Position numbers and translations under genes: made by a program | Virus record (IMG/VR): IMGVR_UViG_3300016476_001281 | Length of the DNA stretch: 64,000 nucleotides | Direction: 5' to 3' (one strand) | Origin: a virus | Lineage: Duplodnaviria > Heunggongvirae > Uroviricota > Caudoviricetes | Notes under the pieces: generated by a model | Database searches by the model: none | Seen by the model: only the letters and a program-made list of their open reading frames with translations | What the model was told of the DNA's origin: nothing | Shown: in pieces, positions 49,097 to 57,558 of the stretch | Layout: every line of letters begins with the position of its first letter | Numbering within the stretch: the first letter of the stretch is position 1

Positions 49097-49169
49097 TCTC
49101 TCGAAGCTCATGTGGACGGGCACTCAGCTTTTAACCGAGGGGTAGTGGGTTCGAGGCCCATCGGGAGAA
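49097..49169 (+). tRNA. tRNA-Lys(UUU), tentative (one mismatch in anticodon stem)
   Basis: Acceptor TCTCTCG/CGGGAGA, T-arm GTGGG-TTCGAGG-CCCAT, anticodon loop CTTTTAA. Confidence 0.5.
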
Positions 49170-49174
49170 CAAAT

Positions 49175-49260
49175 ACAGATTAGCATAATGGTATGCACCA
49201 GGTCTCCAAAACCTTGGCACCTTAGGGTGGTAGGAAAGAGTTCGATTCTCTTAATCTGTG
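49175..49260 (+). tRNA. tRNA-like, 86 nt: Trp-type anticodon loop (CCA) with an extra 4-bp variable-arm hairpin
   Basis: Acceptor ACAGATT/AATCTGT, D-stem GCAT/ATGC, anticodon loop CTCCAAA, T-arm AAGAG-TTCGATT-CTCTT. The extra hairpin is CACC-ttag-GGTG. Confidence 0.4.
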
Positions 49261-49267
49261 CAAAAAA

Positions 49268-49340
<73 letters not shown>

Positions 49341-49350
49341 CAGAAATATG

Positions 49351-49438
49351 GTGTTTGTAACCGGTAAAGGCAGCCGACCAGATTGTGGATCTGGAATGAA
49401 TTAATTTTCTAATGCAGGTTCGAATCCCGTCTTACACC
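49351..49438 (+). tRNA. tRNA-His-like (anticodon arm CCAGA-TTGTGGA-TCTGG, GUG) with ~19-nt insertion; possible pseudo/variant
   Basis: The 3' end GCAGG-TTCGAAT-CCCGT-CTTACAC-C is near-identical to tRNA-His at 49855. The 5' acceptor pairs poorly, and there is an extra AATGAATTAATTTTCTAAT segment. Confidence 0.35.
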
Positions 49439-49444
49439 CAACAA

Positions 49445-49517
49445 GGAGCTGTGGCAGATGTGGTCATTGCGCTGGACTGAAAATCCAGAGGAACGGGATC
49501 GTAACCCGTCGGCTCCA
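49445..49517 (+). tRNA. tRNA-Phe(GAA), variant T-loop
   Basis: Acceptor GGAGCTG/CGGCTCC, anticodon arm CTGGA-CTGAAAA-TCCAG, T-arm ACGGG-ATCGTAA-CCCGT. Confidence 0.6.
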
Positions 49518-49524
49518 CAAATAT

Positions 49525-49596
49525 GCAGATTTAGCTGAGACGGTTTAGCGTAGGAGTGAAGTCCCTAAGAGATCGGTTCGATTCCGATAATCTGCA
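49525..49596 (+). tRNA. tRNA, anticodon loop GTGAAGT (GAA-like; isotype uncertain)
   Basis: Acceptor GCAGATT/AATCTGC (perfect), D-stem GCTG/TAGC, anticodon stem TAGGA/CCCTA with an A-C mismatch, T-arm ATCGG-TTCGATT-CCGAT. Confidence 0.5.
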
Positions 49597-49605
49597 CAAG
49601 TATAT

Positions 49606-49676
49606 ACGTCATTGGTGAAATGGTATCATCCTGGTCTCCAAAACCAGTGTTCCAGGTTCGAGTCCTGGATGGCGTG
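49606..49676 (+). tRNA. tRNA-Trp(CCA)
   Basis: Acceptor ACGTCAT/ATGGCGT, anticodon arm CTGGT-CTCCAAA-ACCAG, T-arm CCAGG-TTCGAGT-CCTGG. Confidence 0.7.
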
Positions 49677-49682
49677 CAATAT

Positions 49683-49767
49683 TCCCTCTTAGCTCAGTTG
49701 GTTTGCATTAGCTTAGAGCACCTGACTTTTAATCAGGGGGTCGTAGGTTCGAATCCTACAGGGGGAA
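49683..49767 (+). tRNA. tRNA-Lys(UUU) with ~12-nt D-loop expansion
   Basis: Acceptor TCCCTCT/AGGGGGA, D region GCTCAGTTGG-tttgcattagct-TAGAGC, anticodon arm CCTGA-CTTTTAA-TCAGG, T-arm GTAGG-TTCGAAT-CCTAC. Confidence 0.5.
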
Positions 49768-49778
49768 CAAATAAATTT

Positions 49779-49852
49779 GACTTCGTAGCTCAGTTGGTAG
49801 TAGCACCTCACTTTTAATGAGGGGGTCGTGGGTTCGAGTCCCACCGGGGTCA
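49779..49852 (+). tRNA. tRNA-Lys(UUU)
   Basis: Acceptor GACTTCG/CGGGGTC, anticodon arm CCTCA-CTTTTAA-TGAGG, T-arm GTGGG-TTCGAGT-CCCAC. It is a tandem paralogue of 49683. Confidence 0.75.
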
Positions 49853-49854
49853 CT

Positions 49855-49928
49855 GTGTAGGTAGCTTAATTGGTCAAAGCACTTGGTTGTGAGCCAAGGG
49901 ATTGCGGGTTCAAGTCCCGTCTTACACC
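49855..49928 (+). tRNA. tRNA-His(GUG)
   Basis: Acceptor GTGTAGG/CTTACAC, D-stem GCTT/AAGC, anticodon arm CTTGG-TTGTGAG-CCAAG, T-arm GCGGG-TTCAAGT-CCCGT, discriminator C. Confidence 0.8.
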
Positions 49929-49934
49929 CAAATT

Positions 49935-50024
49935 AGTCTGATGATATAGTGGCATTATTTGGTCGTCGATCCAGTTTACTGGGGTATCTTCGGCAGAACA
50001 CAGGTTCGATTCCTGTTCAGACTA
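49935..50024 (+). tRNA. tRNA-like, 90 nt; internal fold unresolved (one possible fold has anticodon UUA with a pyrimidine at position 37)
   Basis: Perfect acceptor AGTCTGA/TCAGACT and T-arm ACAGG-TTCGATT-CCTGT. The interior holds a tight hairpin TCCAG-ttta-CTGGG and about 17 extra nt. Confidence 0.4.
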
Positions 50025-50056
50025 CTAAGTAAAAAAGTAAAAACAAAAGAATAAAA

Positions 50057-50070
50057 TTTTAATATATAAG
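50057..50070 (+). promoter_or_regulatory. conserved phage box TTTTAATATATAAG (candidate late promoter)
   Basis: Same box as 48893, 50435 and 22987. It ends 2 nt before the ATG at 50073. Confidence 0.45.
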
Positions 50071-50072
50071 TT

Positions 50073-50150
50073 ATGAAAACAATTATAAGTACATCGTCAA
50101 GTTCTTCAAGTCGCTCAAGTAAATTGAGGGAGGTTCTTGTGTATTCATAA
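50073..50150 (+). CDS. small ORF (25 aa, Ser-rich) in the second promoter-sORF-terminator mini-cassette
   Basis: Encodes MKTIISTSSSSSSRSSKLREVLVYS. The cassette architecture is paralogous to that at 48910. Confidence 0.3.
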   Translation: MKTIISTSSSSSSRSSKLREVLVYS

Positions 50151-50173
50151 TTTTTTAAGTAAAAAGTTATTTG

Positions 50174-50209
50174 AAACCCTTGAACCAAAAGTTCAAGGGT
50201 TTTTTTTAT
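50174..50209 (+). terminator. rho-independent terminator
   Basis: Hairpin CCCTTGAAC-caaaa-GTTCAAGGG followed by TTTTTTTT. Confidence 0.7.
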
Positions 50210-50210
50210 T

Positions 50211-50296
50211 GGTTCTATAGTTTAATTGGATAAAACACCTGGTTACGACCCAGGAGACAGGAATGCTTAGTGTAGGTTCGAATCCTACTGGAATCA
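50211..50296 (+). tRNA. tRNA-Arg(ACG) with an unusually long (~17-nt) variable region
   Basis: Acceptor GGTTCTA/TGGAATC, D-stem GTTT/AAAC, anticodon arm CCTGG-TTACGAC-CCAGG, T-arm GTAGG-TTCGAAT-CCTAC. Confidence 0.55.
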
Positions 50297-50303
50297 CAAA
50301 TAT

Positions 50304-50386
50304 GGAGGGTACCGTCAAGGTGGCAAACTGGGCTTGAACCCCAGGGGTGCGGGTAACTGCACGGGATTCGATTTCTCTACCCTCTT
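50304..50386 (+). tRNA. tRNA-Ser(UGA), type II
   Basis: Acceptor GGAGGGT/ACCCTCT, anticodon arm CTGGG-CTTGAAC-CCCAG, variable arm TGC-gggtaact-GCA, T-loop TTCGATT. Confidence 0.7.
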
Positions 50387-50434
50387 CAAAAATTATTATT
50401 GTTCAATTTGTTTTAGAACTTTTTCACTTTTTTA

Positions 50435-50448
50435 TTTTAATATATAAG
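50435..50448 (+). promoter_or_regulatory. conserved phage box TTTTAATATATAAG upstream of the HNH endonuclease gene
   Basis: Identical 14-mer to the box at 50057. The ATG follows 18 nt downstream. Confidence 0.45.
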
Positions 50449-50466
50449 TTAAAAATTATTAAAATT

Positions 50467-51135
50467 ATGAAAGAAAAAATTATAGAATTGAGAAAAAGTG
50501 GATTATCATATAATAAAATAGCAGATATACTAGGATGTTCAAAAGGCACAATATCATATCATTGTAGTAATGAAAATTTACAAAGTCCAATTTTAAAAAT
50601 AAGTGATGAATTAATAGAAAATATTAAAAATGATAGCAAATTAAAAATAAAAGAAATTGCCAAAAAGTATAATGTTAGTGAAAGTACTGTAAGTAAATAT
50701 TCATTACCAAAATATTCTAAAAAAGAATATAAAAAATGTAGTAATTGTGGAGAGGTTGCAAAAAATAAATATTGTTCTAATAAGTGTTCACAAGAGTATA
50801 AACACAAAGAAGCATACTATGATTTTTTAAATAATAATCATGATTATTGTAGAGGAAATTATACACCTAAAGCATTTAAAGATTTTTTTATAAAAGAACA
50901 AAATAATAAATGTTCTATATGTGAAATAGAACCTGTTTGGATGGATAAGAAGTTAATATTTGTAATTGATCATATTGATGGTGATGCTTCTAACAATTTA
51001 AGAAGTAATATAAGAATGATATGTCCTAATTGTGATTCACAAACTGATACATTCAAATCAAAAAATAAAAACTCAAAAAGAAGAAATTATTGGAAAGAAA
51101 AAATTATAAATAATTTAGTAAATAATAGTGAATAA
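50467..51135 (+). CDS. HNH homing endonuclease with N-terminal helix-turn-helix, inserted in the tRNA cluster
   Basis: The N-terminus has an HTH (LRKSGLSYNKIADILGCSKGTISYH). The C-terminal HNH motif is CSICE...VIDHIDGDASNNLRSNIRMICPNCDSQTD. The start is the internal ATG after the conserved box. The upstream part of the tracked ORF overlaps tRNA-Ser. Confidence 0.7.
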   Translation: MKEKIIELRKSGLSYNKIADILGCSKGTISYHCSNENLQSPILKISDELIENIKNDSKLKIKEIAKKYNVSESTVSKYSLPKYSKKEYKKCSNCGEVAKNKYCSNKCSQEYKHKEAYYDFLNNNHDYCRGNYTPKAFKDFFIKEQNNKCSICEIEPVWMDKKLIFVIDHIDGDASNNLRSNIRMICPNCDSQTDTFKSKNKNSKRRNYWKEKIINNLVNNSE

Positions 51136-51212
51136 ACCATGATGGTGATTGGGTCTGCCTGGAAAGCAGTACGTACGTTTATATGTATAGGGTTCGATTC
51201 CCTTGTTCACTG
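51127..51212 (+). tRNA. tRNA-Ser(GGA), type II; 5' end overlaps the HNH stop codon
   Basis: Acceptor AGTGAAT/GTTCACT (the AGTGAATAA includes the stop codon), anticodon arm CTGC-CTGGAAA-GCAG, variable arm TAC...GTA, T-arm AGGG-TTCGATT-CCCT. Confidence 0.55.
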
Positions 51213-51221
51213 CTACATAAT

Positions 51222-51307
51222 GGAGAGTAAACCTTGATGGTGAGAGGGTCCGCCTGCTAAGCGTGAGGGTCGGGAAACTGACTGGGGTTCGATTCCCCTG
51301 CTCTCCT
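51222..51307 (+). tRNA. tRNA-Ser(GCU), type II; CCA encoded
   Basis: Acceptor GGAGAGT/GCTCTCC with discriminator T and an encoded CCA. The anticodon loop is CTGCTAA, the same loop sequence as E. coli tRNA-Ser(GCU). Variable arm GTC...GAC, T-loop TTCGATT. Confidence 0.6.
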
Positions 51308-51315
51308 CCAAATGA

Positions 51316-51348
51316 AAAAGACTTTGAGAAATCAAAGTCTTTTTTTAT
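51316..51348. terminator. bidirectional rho-independent terminator
   Basis: Hairpin AGACTTTGA-gaaa-TCAAAGTCT flanked by A-runs and T-runs. It lies between the tRNA array (plus strand) and the fibre operon (minus strand). Confidence 0.7.
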
Positions 51349-54212
51349 TATGTTAACTCAATCCAAGTTGTATCTGGACAAAAATATAACATAGGATAGA
51401 AATTATTCTTGTTTATACAATATCCAATAACTCTTACTATTTCACCTGAACCAGTTGGGGCAATTTCTGTAAATTCTCCACCTGTTCCCAAATATTGAAC
51501 ATTACCATAATCAGCCATATCAGTATAACTTGTATCAGTAAAACTAACATATCCTCTCAATAACATACCATCATCACTTGATGTACCTAATGCAATTGCC
51601 AATAATCCATTTGCCAATCCAGTATTATCAGCTTCTTTCCACTCAATACTATCAAATGCAGTTTTATCTAATACATAAATTTTACCAATTGTAAGACCAG
51701 TAGTATCACCAAAATAAACAATTTCTCCTGAACTACCTGGAGTATCAGGAAGAGTATATGTTTTGTGACCTTTTATTTCTAACTCACAATTAGGATTAGT
51801 AACACCACCAATACCTACATTTCCTTTAAGTATAGTTTTAGTTATATTATCATTACCTAATGTAACAGAGTTTGAACCATTACCTAATGCAGTTGCACCT
51901 ATAACAATCTCATTAATTTGATTTGAACTAAATGAATTTGCATTATATCCAATATATATAGAGTCATTTGTATCTAATAAATTATAATAAGAACCTGCAT
52001 TTTTTCCTAATGCAACATTACGTGAACCACTTCTTAACTCATATAATGATGAATGACCTATTGCAGTATTATCAGTACCTGCACTTTTAATAGTACCAGT
52101 ATTTATTGAAAACCCTGAACCACCTGGTGGTAGTTGATATGTTTGAAAACCAGTCTGTATACCAAATACAATAGTTGAATCTGGAATAACACTTCCTGAC
52201 CAAGTTAAAGTAACTGAACTAACAGTACCACCTGCACCTACAACTATAGTAACTTGTGGATAATCAGAAGTGCTATTACCTGGGTAATAATTTGTACCAC
52301 CTATACCAAATAGAACAATGTTTGAATATGTACCTGGTGTATAACCACTACCTGGTGAGAATGTTGCTGCAAGTGTTTCTAATCTTGTTGTATTATTTCT
52401 CAATGATAAAGAACCAATTGCAGTATTATAATTACCTGTATTATTTTTATATAATGTATTATAACCAATACTTACATTATCATTATTAATTGTATTATTA
52501 TAAGATGATCTTTCACCAATTGAAACATTATTATATCCAGTTGTATTATAAAAAAAAGATTGAAATCCAATTGAAGTATTTGAATAACCAGTTGTGTTAT
52601 AATAAGATGCTCTATTACCTAAGGCAACATTATTATAACCTGTAGTATTTGAATTAAGTGTGTAAAAACCAAGTGCTGAATTTTCTGACCCTGTTACATT
52701 TGAAAGTAATGCATTATAACCTAATCCTGTATTATAACTACCAGTTGTATTTGATAATAAAGAACCTGCCCCTAATCCTATATTATAATTACCTGTTAAT
52801 AATAAACTTATACCTACTTCAAATCCACTTCCTGTGCCACCTAAGAAAGCATTATTTATTGTCATTCTGGTAGAATAATCTTGAAAACCTGAGCCTAAAT
52901 AAGTACCTGTAATTGAGGTAACAACACCAGTTCCATCAACTACAATTGTTACATTAGGGTATGATATTGCTGTACTTCCAGTTGCATAGATTAATGGAAC
53001 ATTTGAATATGTACCTGGTACATAACCACTACCTTGGTTTGTTATTGAAAATGAATTTATTGTTGTAGTATTAGAGTATAAAGATTGATACCCAATTGCA
53101 AGATTATTACTACCTATAGTGTTACTAAATAATGTGTTATAACCAATTGCAAGATTACTACTTGATGAAACTGCATTATATTGTGAATTACCACCAATTG
53201 CAATATTGTATGAACTAGTTTTTAAACTTCTTAATGAATTAATTCCAATTCCAATATTATATTGTCCTGATGTATTTTGATTTAATACTTGATGACCTAA
53301 TGCAGTATTATATGAACCACTTAAATTAGACATTAATGCTTGTTGACCTATTGCAGTATTAAAAGAACCAGTTGTATTTACAGATAAAGCACTTGCACCA
53401 AATGCAGTATTTCTATTACCTGATGTATTAAGACCTAAAGTCATAAATCCAAATGCAGTATTAGTAGAAATATTACCTCTACCTCTATTATAAACATAAC
53501 CATTTTCATCAACCACCAATGATACGGTTCCACCTGATGATGAAACAATAAATCTATCATTTGAATCTACAGATTGAGTACCAACTCTTAAAATACCTGT
53601 TCTTACAGTTGAGTAAGTTCCAATTATTACATCACCTGATACAGTAGCACCACTTGTTGTAGTTATAAACTTAAACTCACCCATTGACTCATCCCATATG
53701 AATGCTTGTGTATCTGAACTTCCTCTGTTAACAAATAAACCTGCATCATATGTAGGTGTACCTGATTGTGAACCAGCCAATAAAATTATTGGATCTTTAA
53801 CTAATAAGTTTTGACTACTAATAGTTGATGTTGTACCTATAACTTGTAAGTTTCCATTGATTACAACTGTGTCACCATTATCTGTAATGTTACTATTTCC
53901 TAATGTAGATGAGTTTGTCCATTTTGGTATTGTATTTGCAACACCATAACCATTACCACTTATACCTACTGGACTCCAATGTGATACATTAGTTGCATCA
54001 GAACCTGCTAAATAATAGATTGTTCCTGTACTTGTTTCTAATAATAAACTATATCCAGTTCTATATTTTTCTGGAATAGATGTATATTCTGAAATCAAAG
54101 CTGGACTACTAAAAGTAGCTATACTTCTTAATCCACCTTTAACATCATTTATATCTACAATTGGATAAAGTAAATTGTTATGTTGTAATAAATCACCAAA
54201 TTGAATACTCAT
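51348..54212 (-). CDS. tail fibre protein with YadA-head-like repeats (N-[TS]-A-[IL]-G-x-x-[AS]-L)
   Basis: 954 aa with dozens of degenerate 7-14-aa repeats (NTAIGYQSLYSNTTGS, NTALGHQVLNQNTSG). The first ~85 aa are shared with ORF 54250..57555. Confidence 0.55.
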   Translation of the reverse strand: MSIQFGDLLQHNNLLYPIVDINDVKGGLRSIATFSSPALISEYTSIPEKYRTGYSLLLETSTGTIYYLAGSDATNVSHWSPVGISGNGYGVANTIPKWTNSSTLGNSNITDNGDTVVINGNLQVIGTTSTISSQNLLVKDPIILLAGSQSGTPTYDAGLFVNRGSSDTQAFIWDESMGEFKFITTTSGATVSGDVIIGTYSTVRTGILRVGTQSVDSNDRFIVSSSGGTVSLVVDENGYVYNRGRGNISTNTAFGFMTLGLNTSGNRNTAFGASALSVNTTGSFNTAIGQQALMSNLSGSYNTALGHQVLNQNTSGQYNIGIGINSLRSLKTSSYNIAIGGNSQYNAVSSSSNLAIGYNTLFSNTIGSNNLAIGYQSLYSNTTTINSFSITNQGSGYVPGTYSNVPLIYATGSTAISYPNVTIVVDGTGVVTSITGTYLGSGFQDYSTRMTINNAFLGGTGSGFEVGISLLLTGNYNIGLGAGSLLSNTTGSYNTGLGYNALLSNVTGSENSALGFYTLNSNTTGYNNVALGNRASYYNTTGYSNTSIGFQSFFYNTTGYNNVSIGERSSYNNTINNDNVSIGYNTLYKNNTGNYNTAIGSLSLRNNTTRLETLAATFSPGSGYTPGTYSNIVLFGIGGTNYYPGNSTSDYPQVTIVVGAGGTVSSVTLTWSGSVIPDSTIVFGIQTGFQTYQLPPGGSGFSINTGTIKSAGTDNTAIGHSSLYELRSGSRNVALGKNAGSYYNLLDTNDSIYIGYNANSFSSNQINEIVIGATALGNGSNSVTLGNDNITKTILKGNVGIGGVTNPNCELEIKGHKTYTLPDTPGSSGEIVYFGDTTGLTIGKIYVLDKTAFDSIEWKEADNTGLANGLLAIALGTSSDDGMLLRGYVSFTDTSYTDMADYGNVQYLGTGGEFTEIAPTGSGEIVRVIGYCINKNNFYPMLYFCPDTTWIELT

Positions 54213-54249
54213 TTCTTGTTAATTATTTTTTCTTATTTTATATATTATA

Positions 54250-57200
54250 TTATACCACCACCATCAAAACATTTGAAAGAGTTTGATATATATCACCAGG
54301 AACTAATCCACCAGATATTGCAGCACCATTACTTGCATATTGTGGCACATTACCTATATTTATTGTTCCTCTTAATTGTGTTTTTGTTATTGTACTTGCA
54401 CCTAAAGTAACAGAGTTTGAACCTGAACCAGTTGCACCATGTCCAATTACTATTTGATTAGTTTGATTATCTGAATTTGCTCTAGTATCAGTTCCTATAA
54501 AAATAGATGTATTAGAATTTGTTAATCCATTTACATTAATGTCATACATACCTGCAGATGAACCTATTACAATATTACTACTACCTGTTGTATTAAAACG
54601 TAATGCACTACTTCCTATAGAAGTATTTCCATTACCAGTTACATTTTCAACTAATGCATCCATACCTAATGTGGTATTATAATTACCTGTTGTATTTTTA
54701 TTTAAAGTTCTATAACCAACAGCTACATTTTGTGAACCTGTTGTATTAAAACGTAATGATTGATATCCAATTGCAGTATTATAATAACTTTGAGTTGCAG
54801 AAGCTAATGTTAGATTACCAATTGCAATATTTAAAATACCATCTTTGTTATTTACCAATGCAGAGTAACCAATTCCAATATTGTTTGAACCTGTTATATT
54901 ATTAGTCATTGATTGATATCCAATTGCAACATTTTCATAACCTATTGTATTACTAAGCAAAACATTATTACCTATCCCAATATTTCTTGAACCTGTTGTA
55001 TTATAATACATTGATTGATATCCAATTGCAGTATTATTAGTTGCAGATGATAATGCAGAAATACTAACAGAGAAAGTAACACCAGTTCCTAAATTTGCAC
55101 CCATTATTGTTGTAGTATCACTAAAACCAGTACCATATGTTTCTAAAGTTGCTGTACTAACTGTTCCACCTGAACCAACATAAATAGTTATTATTGGGTA
55201 TGTTACTGCAGTAGATCCTGAGATATATGATAATTGAATACTTGAGAATGTGCTACTTGCAGTATATCCTGAACCTCCATTTACAATATTTAATGATGAA
55301 ACAGTAGATGTACTATTAAGTAATGCAGAAGAACCAATGGCTGTATTATAATTACCAATTGTATTATTATACAGAGATTGATGACCTATTGCAATATTTT
55401 CAGAACCTGTTTTATTTTTATATAATGTAGTTAAACCTACTGCAATATTTTTACCACCAGTTGTATTATTATACAATGAGTAATTTCCTAAACCTGTGTT
55501 ATAAATACCAGTTGTATTAAAACGCAATGATTGATATCCAAATGCAACACTTTCATTTACAGTACTTGAATACAATGCCTGGTAACCAAAGGCAGTATTA
55601 TTTAATGAAGCAGTTGCTGTTAATAATGCTTGATATCCATATATGGTATTTGAAATACCTTTACTTTGATTATAAACACTACCATTTGGGTCTATAACTA
55701 ATGCAGTAACTAAACTTGAACCAGTTGTAGCTCTTGTTGATATTTTAATACCACCTGCAGTACTTACATTATTCCATCCTTGTGCATAACCTGATATTAT
55801 AGCATATCTATGTGAAGTATTATATGGATCACCTGCAAATGGTTGACCTTGTGCAGAAAAAGCTAACTCTGATAAAAGAGTAGAAGCACCACTATTACTT
55901 GAATTATATAAATCCAACATAACATTTGAACCAGTAGTAGATGATGATGTACCACCATGTATAAATAGTTTTGAACCACTCATTGCAGTTGCACCATTTA
56001 TTATAGTAGTACCTGATATATTAACTCTCATTCTTTCTTGTAATTGTCCAGTTAATACACCATATTCATCTGAATAACCTGCTCTGAATACTATATCAGA
56101 TGCATTATTTGTAAAGTAAATACCTGATCTAACATTACCATGATTAAGAGAAGCACCTTGAAGACCACTAACTAAAGTACCATCTGTGCTACCTACTATA
56201 AATGTAAGTAAATTAGGATTTGAAGTATTAGGACCATAACTAGAAGTACCTTGTCCAATTATAAATACACCTTGTACTGAACCAGGACCAACAGCATCAT
56301 AATTATTATCTCCTAATATTATTTGACCACCATTTAAAACTTTTAGTAATTGAGTTTTTGAACTATTCTCAACTAATAAACTACTATCATATGAACTTGA
56401 TGTACCTGTTATATGCAATGATGCAGAACCTGTAGTAGTTCCTATAGTAATAATTCCATTATTATTAATTTCAAATATACTATTACTATTACTCCAAGTT
56501 GCACCAGTACCTACAACCTTCATTATACTTGAAGTAGTACCCTTGACAAATAATGTACTTGTTAAATTACTTAAATTTCCAATACTAACAAACTGTTTAG
56601 TAGTATCTAATGTCATTGTTATATTACCAGTATTACTAGAACGTGTATTATTAGTAAATTTTATCACACTATTTGTTGCAGCAGAAAAAAACTCTAAACC
56701 AGATTTCATTCCTGAATTACCACCACCATCAAATATAACTGACCCTGATACTTGTGTAACATTAGTATAAAAGAAATTAGTTACTTCTGCATTACCATAT
56801 ACTTTAAGTGACATTGATGGATTTATTAGACCACCAATACTTACTTGACCACTCTCATTAACAACTAATGAATTTGTACCACCAGAAGATGAAACTAAAA
56901 ATCTACTATTACTTGCAGTTCCTGTACCAACTGATAAAGAACCTGTTCTTACATTAGAATAAGTACCAATAGAAACATTACCCATGGTAGTTGAACTACT
57001 TGTTGTAGAGAAAAATGAAAACTCACTTGAAGATTCATCCCAAATCAATGCTTGTGTATCACCAGTTCCTCTATTAACAAATAAACCAGCATCATATAAA
57101 GGTGTTGATTGTGAACCTGCTAATAAGATAATTGGATCTTTAACTAATAAGTTTTCACTAACAATAGTTGAACTTGTACCAATAATTGTAAGATTACCAT

Positions 57201-57555
57201 TAATAGTTACTGTATCACCATTATCACTAATAATACTATCACCTAAAGATGTTGAACTTGTCCATTTTGGAATACTATTAGTTGTACCTGATGCAGATAA
57301 TCCACTACCTGTTAATGTCCAACTTGTTGTAACTGTTGCATCAGTTCCTGATAGATAATAATGTTGATTTGTACTTGTTACAATTAAATTAGTGTAATTT
57401 TGTTTTAGTTTCTCAGGTATATCATTAAATGCATTGTATAATTCAGTATTATCAAATGTAGTAATAGTTCTTATACCACCCTTAACATCTTCAACATCCA
57501 CAATAGGGAAAAGTGGATTATTATGTTTTAAATTATCACCGTATGTTATACTCAT
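54250..57555 (-). CDS. tail fibre protein paralogue (shared N-terminal anchor, divergent repeat/C-terminal region)
   Basis: The N-terminus MSITYGDNLKHNNPLFPIVDVEDVKGG parallels MSIQFGDLLQHNNLLYPIVDINDVKGG of the downstream gene. The same NTAIG repeat family is present. Confidence 0.55.
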   Translation of the reverse strand: MSITYGDNLKHNNPLFPIVDVEDVKGGIRTITTFDNTELYNAFNDIPEKLKQNYTNLIVTSTNQHYYLSGTDATVTTSWTLTGSGLSASGTTNSIPKWTSSTSLGDSIISDNGDTVTINGNLTIIGTSSTIVSENLLVKDPIILLAGSQSTPLYDAGLFVNRGTGDTQALIWDESSSEFSFFSTTSSSTTMGNVSIGTYSNVRTGSLSVGTGTASNSRFLVSSSGGTNSLVVNESGQVSIGGLINPSMSLKVYGNAEVTNFFYTNVTQVSGSVIFDGGGNSGMKSGLEFFSAATNSVIKFTNNTRSSNTGNITMTLDTTKQFVSIGNLSNLTSTLFVKGTTSSIMKVVGTGATWSNSNSIFEINNNGIITIGTTTGSASLHITGTSSSYDSSLLVENSSKTQLLKVLNGGQIILGDNNYDAVGPGSVQGVFIIGQGTSSYGPNTSNPNLLTFIVGSTDGTLVSGLQGASLNHGNVRSGIYFTNNASDIVFRAGYSDEYGVLTGQLQERMRVNISGTTIINGATAMSGSKLFIHGGTSSSTTGSNVMLDLYNSSNSGASTLLSELAFSAQGQPFAGDPYNTSHRYAIISGYAQGWNNVSTAGGIKISTRATTGSSLVTALVIDPNGSVYNQSKGISNTIYGYQALLTATASLNNTAFGYQALYSSTVNESVAFGYQSLRFNTTGIYNTGLGNYSLYNNTTGGKNIAVGLTTLYKNKTGSENIAIGHQSLYNNTIGNYNTAIGSSALLNSTSTVSSLNIVNGGSGYTASSTFSSIQLSYISGSTAVTYPIITIYVGSGGTVSTATLETYGTGFSDTTTIMGANLGTGVTFSVSISALSSATNNTAIGYQSMYYNTTGSRNIGIGNNVLLSNTIGYENVAIGYQSMTNNITGSNNIGIGYSALVNNKDGILNIAIGNLTLASATQSYYNTAIGYQSLRFNTTGSQNVAVGYRTLNKNTTGNYNTTLGMDALVENVTGNGNTSIGSSALRFNTTGSSNIVIGSSAGMYDINVNGLTNSNTSIFIGTDTRANSDNQTNQIVIGHGATGSGSNSVTLGASTITKTQLRGTINIGNVPQYASNGAAISGGLVPGDIYQTLSNVLMVVV

Positions 57556-57558
57556 ATA

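Noticed and set aside
49935-50024. Possible UUA-anticodon (ochre suppressor) tRNA, raising the idea of stop-codon recoding.
   Set aside because: All large genes in the window are uninterrupted under the standard code, position 37 would be a pyrimidine, and an alternative tight hairpin competes with that fold. It is kept only as an atypical tRNA-like element.
49620-50188. Listed ORFs 49620..49817 (+) and 49976..50188 (-), plus 48853..49047 (-) and 50559..50807 (-).
   Set aside because: They overlap tRNA genes, terminators or the sORF cassettes, or are antisense to the HNH gene. They are not coding.
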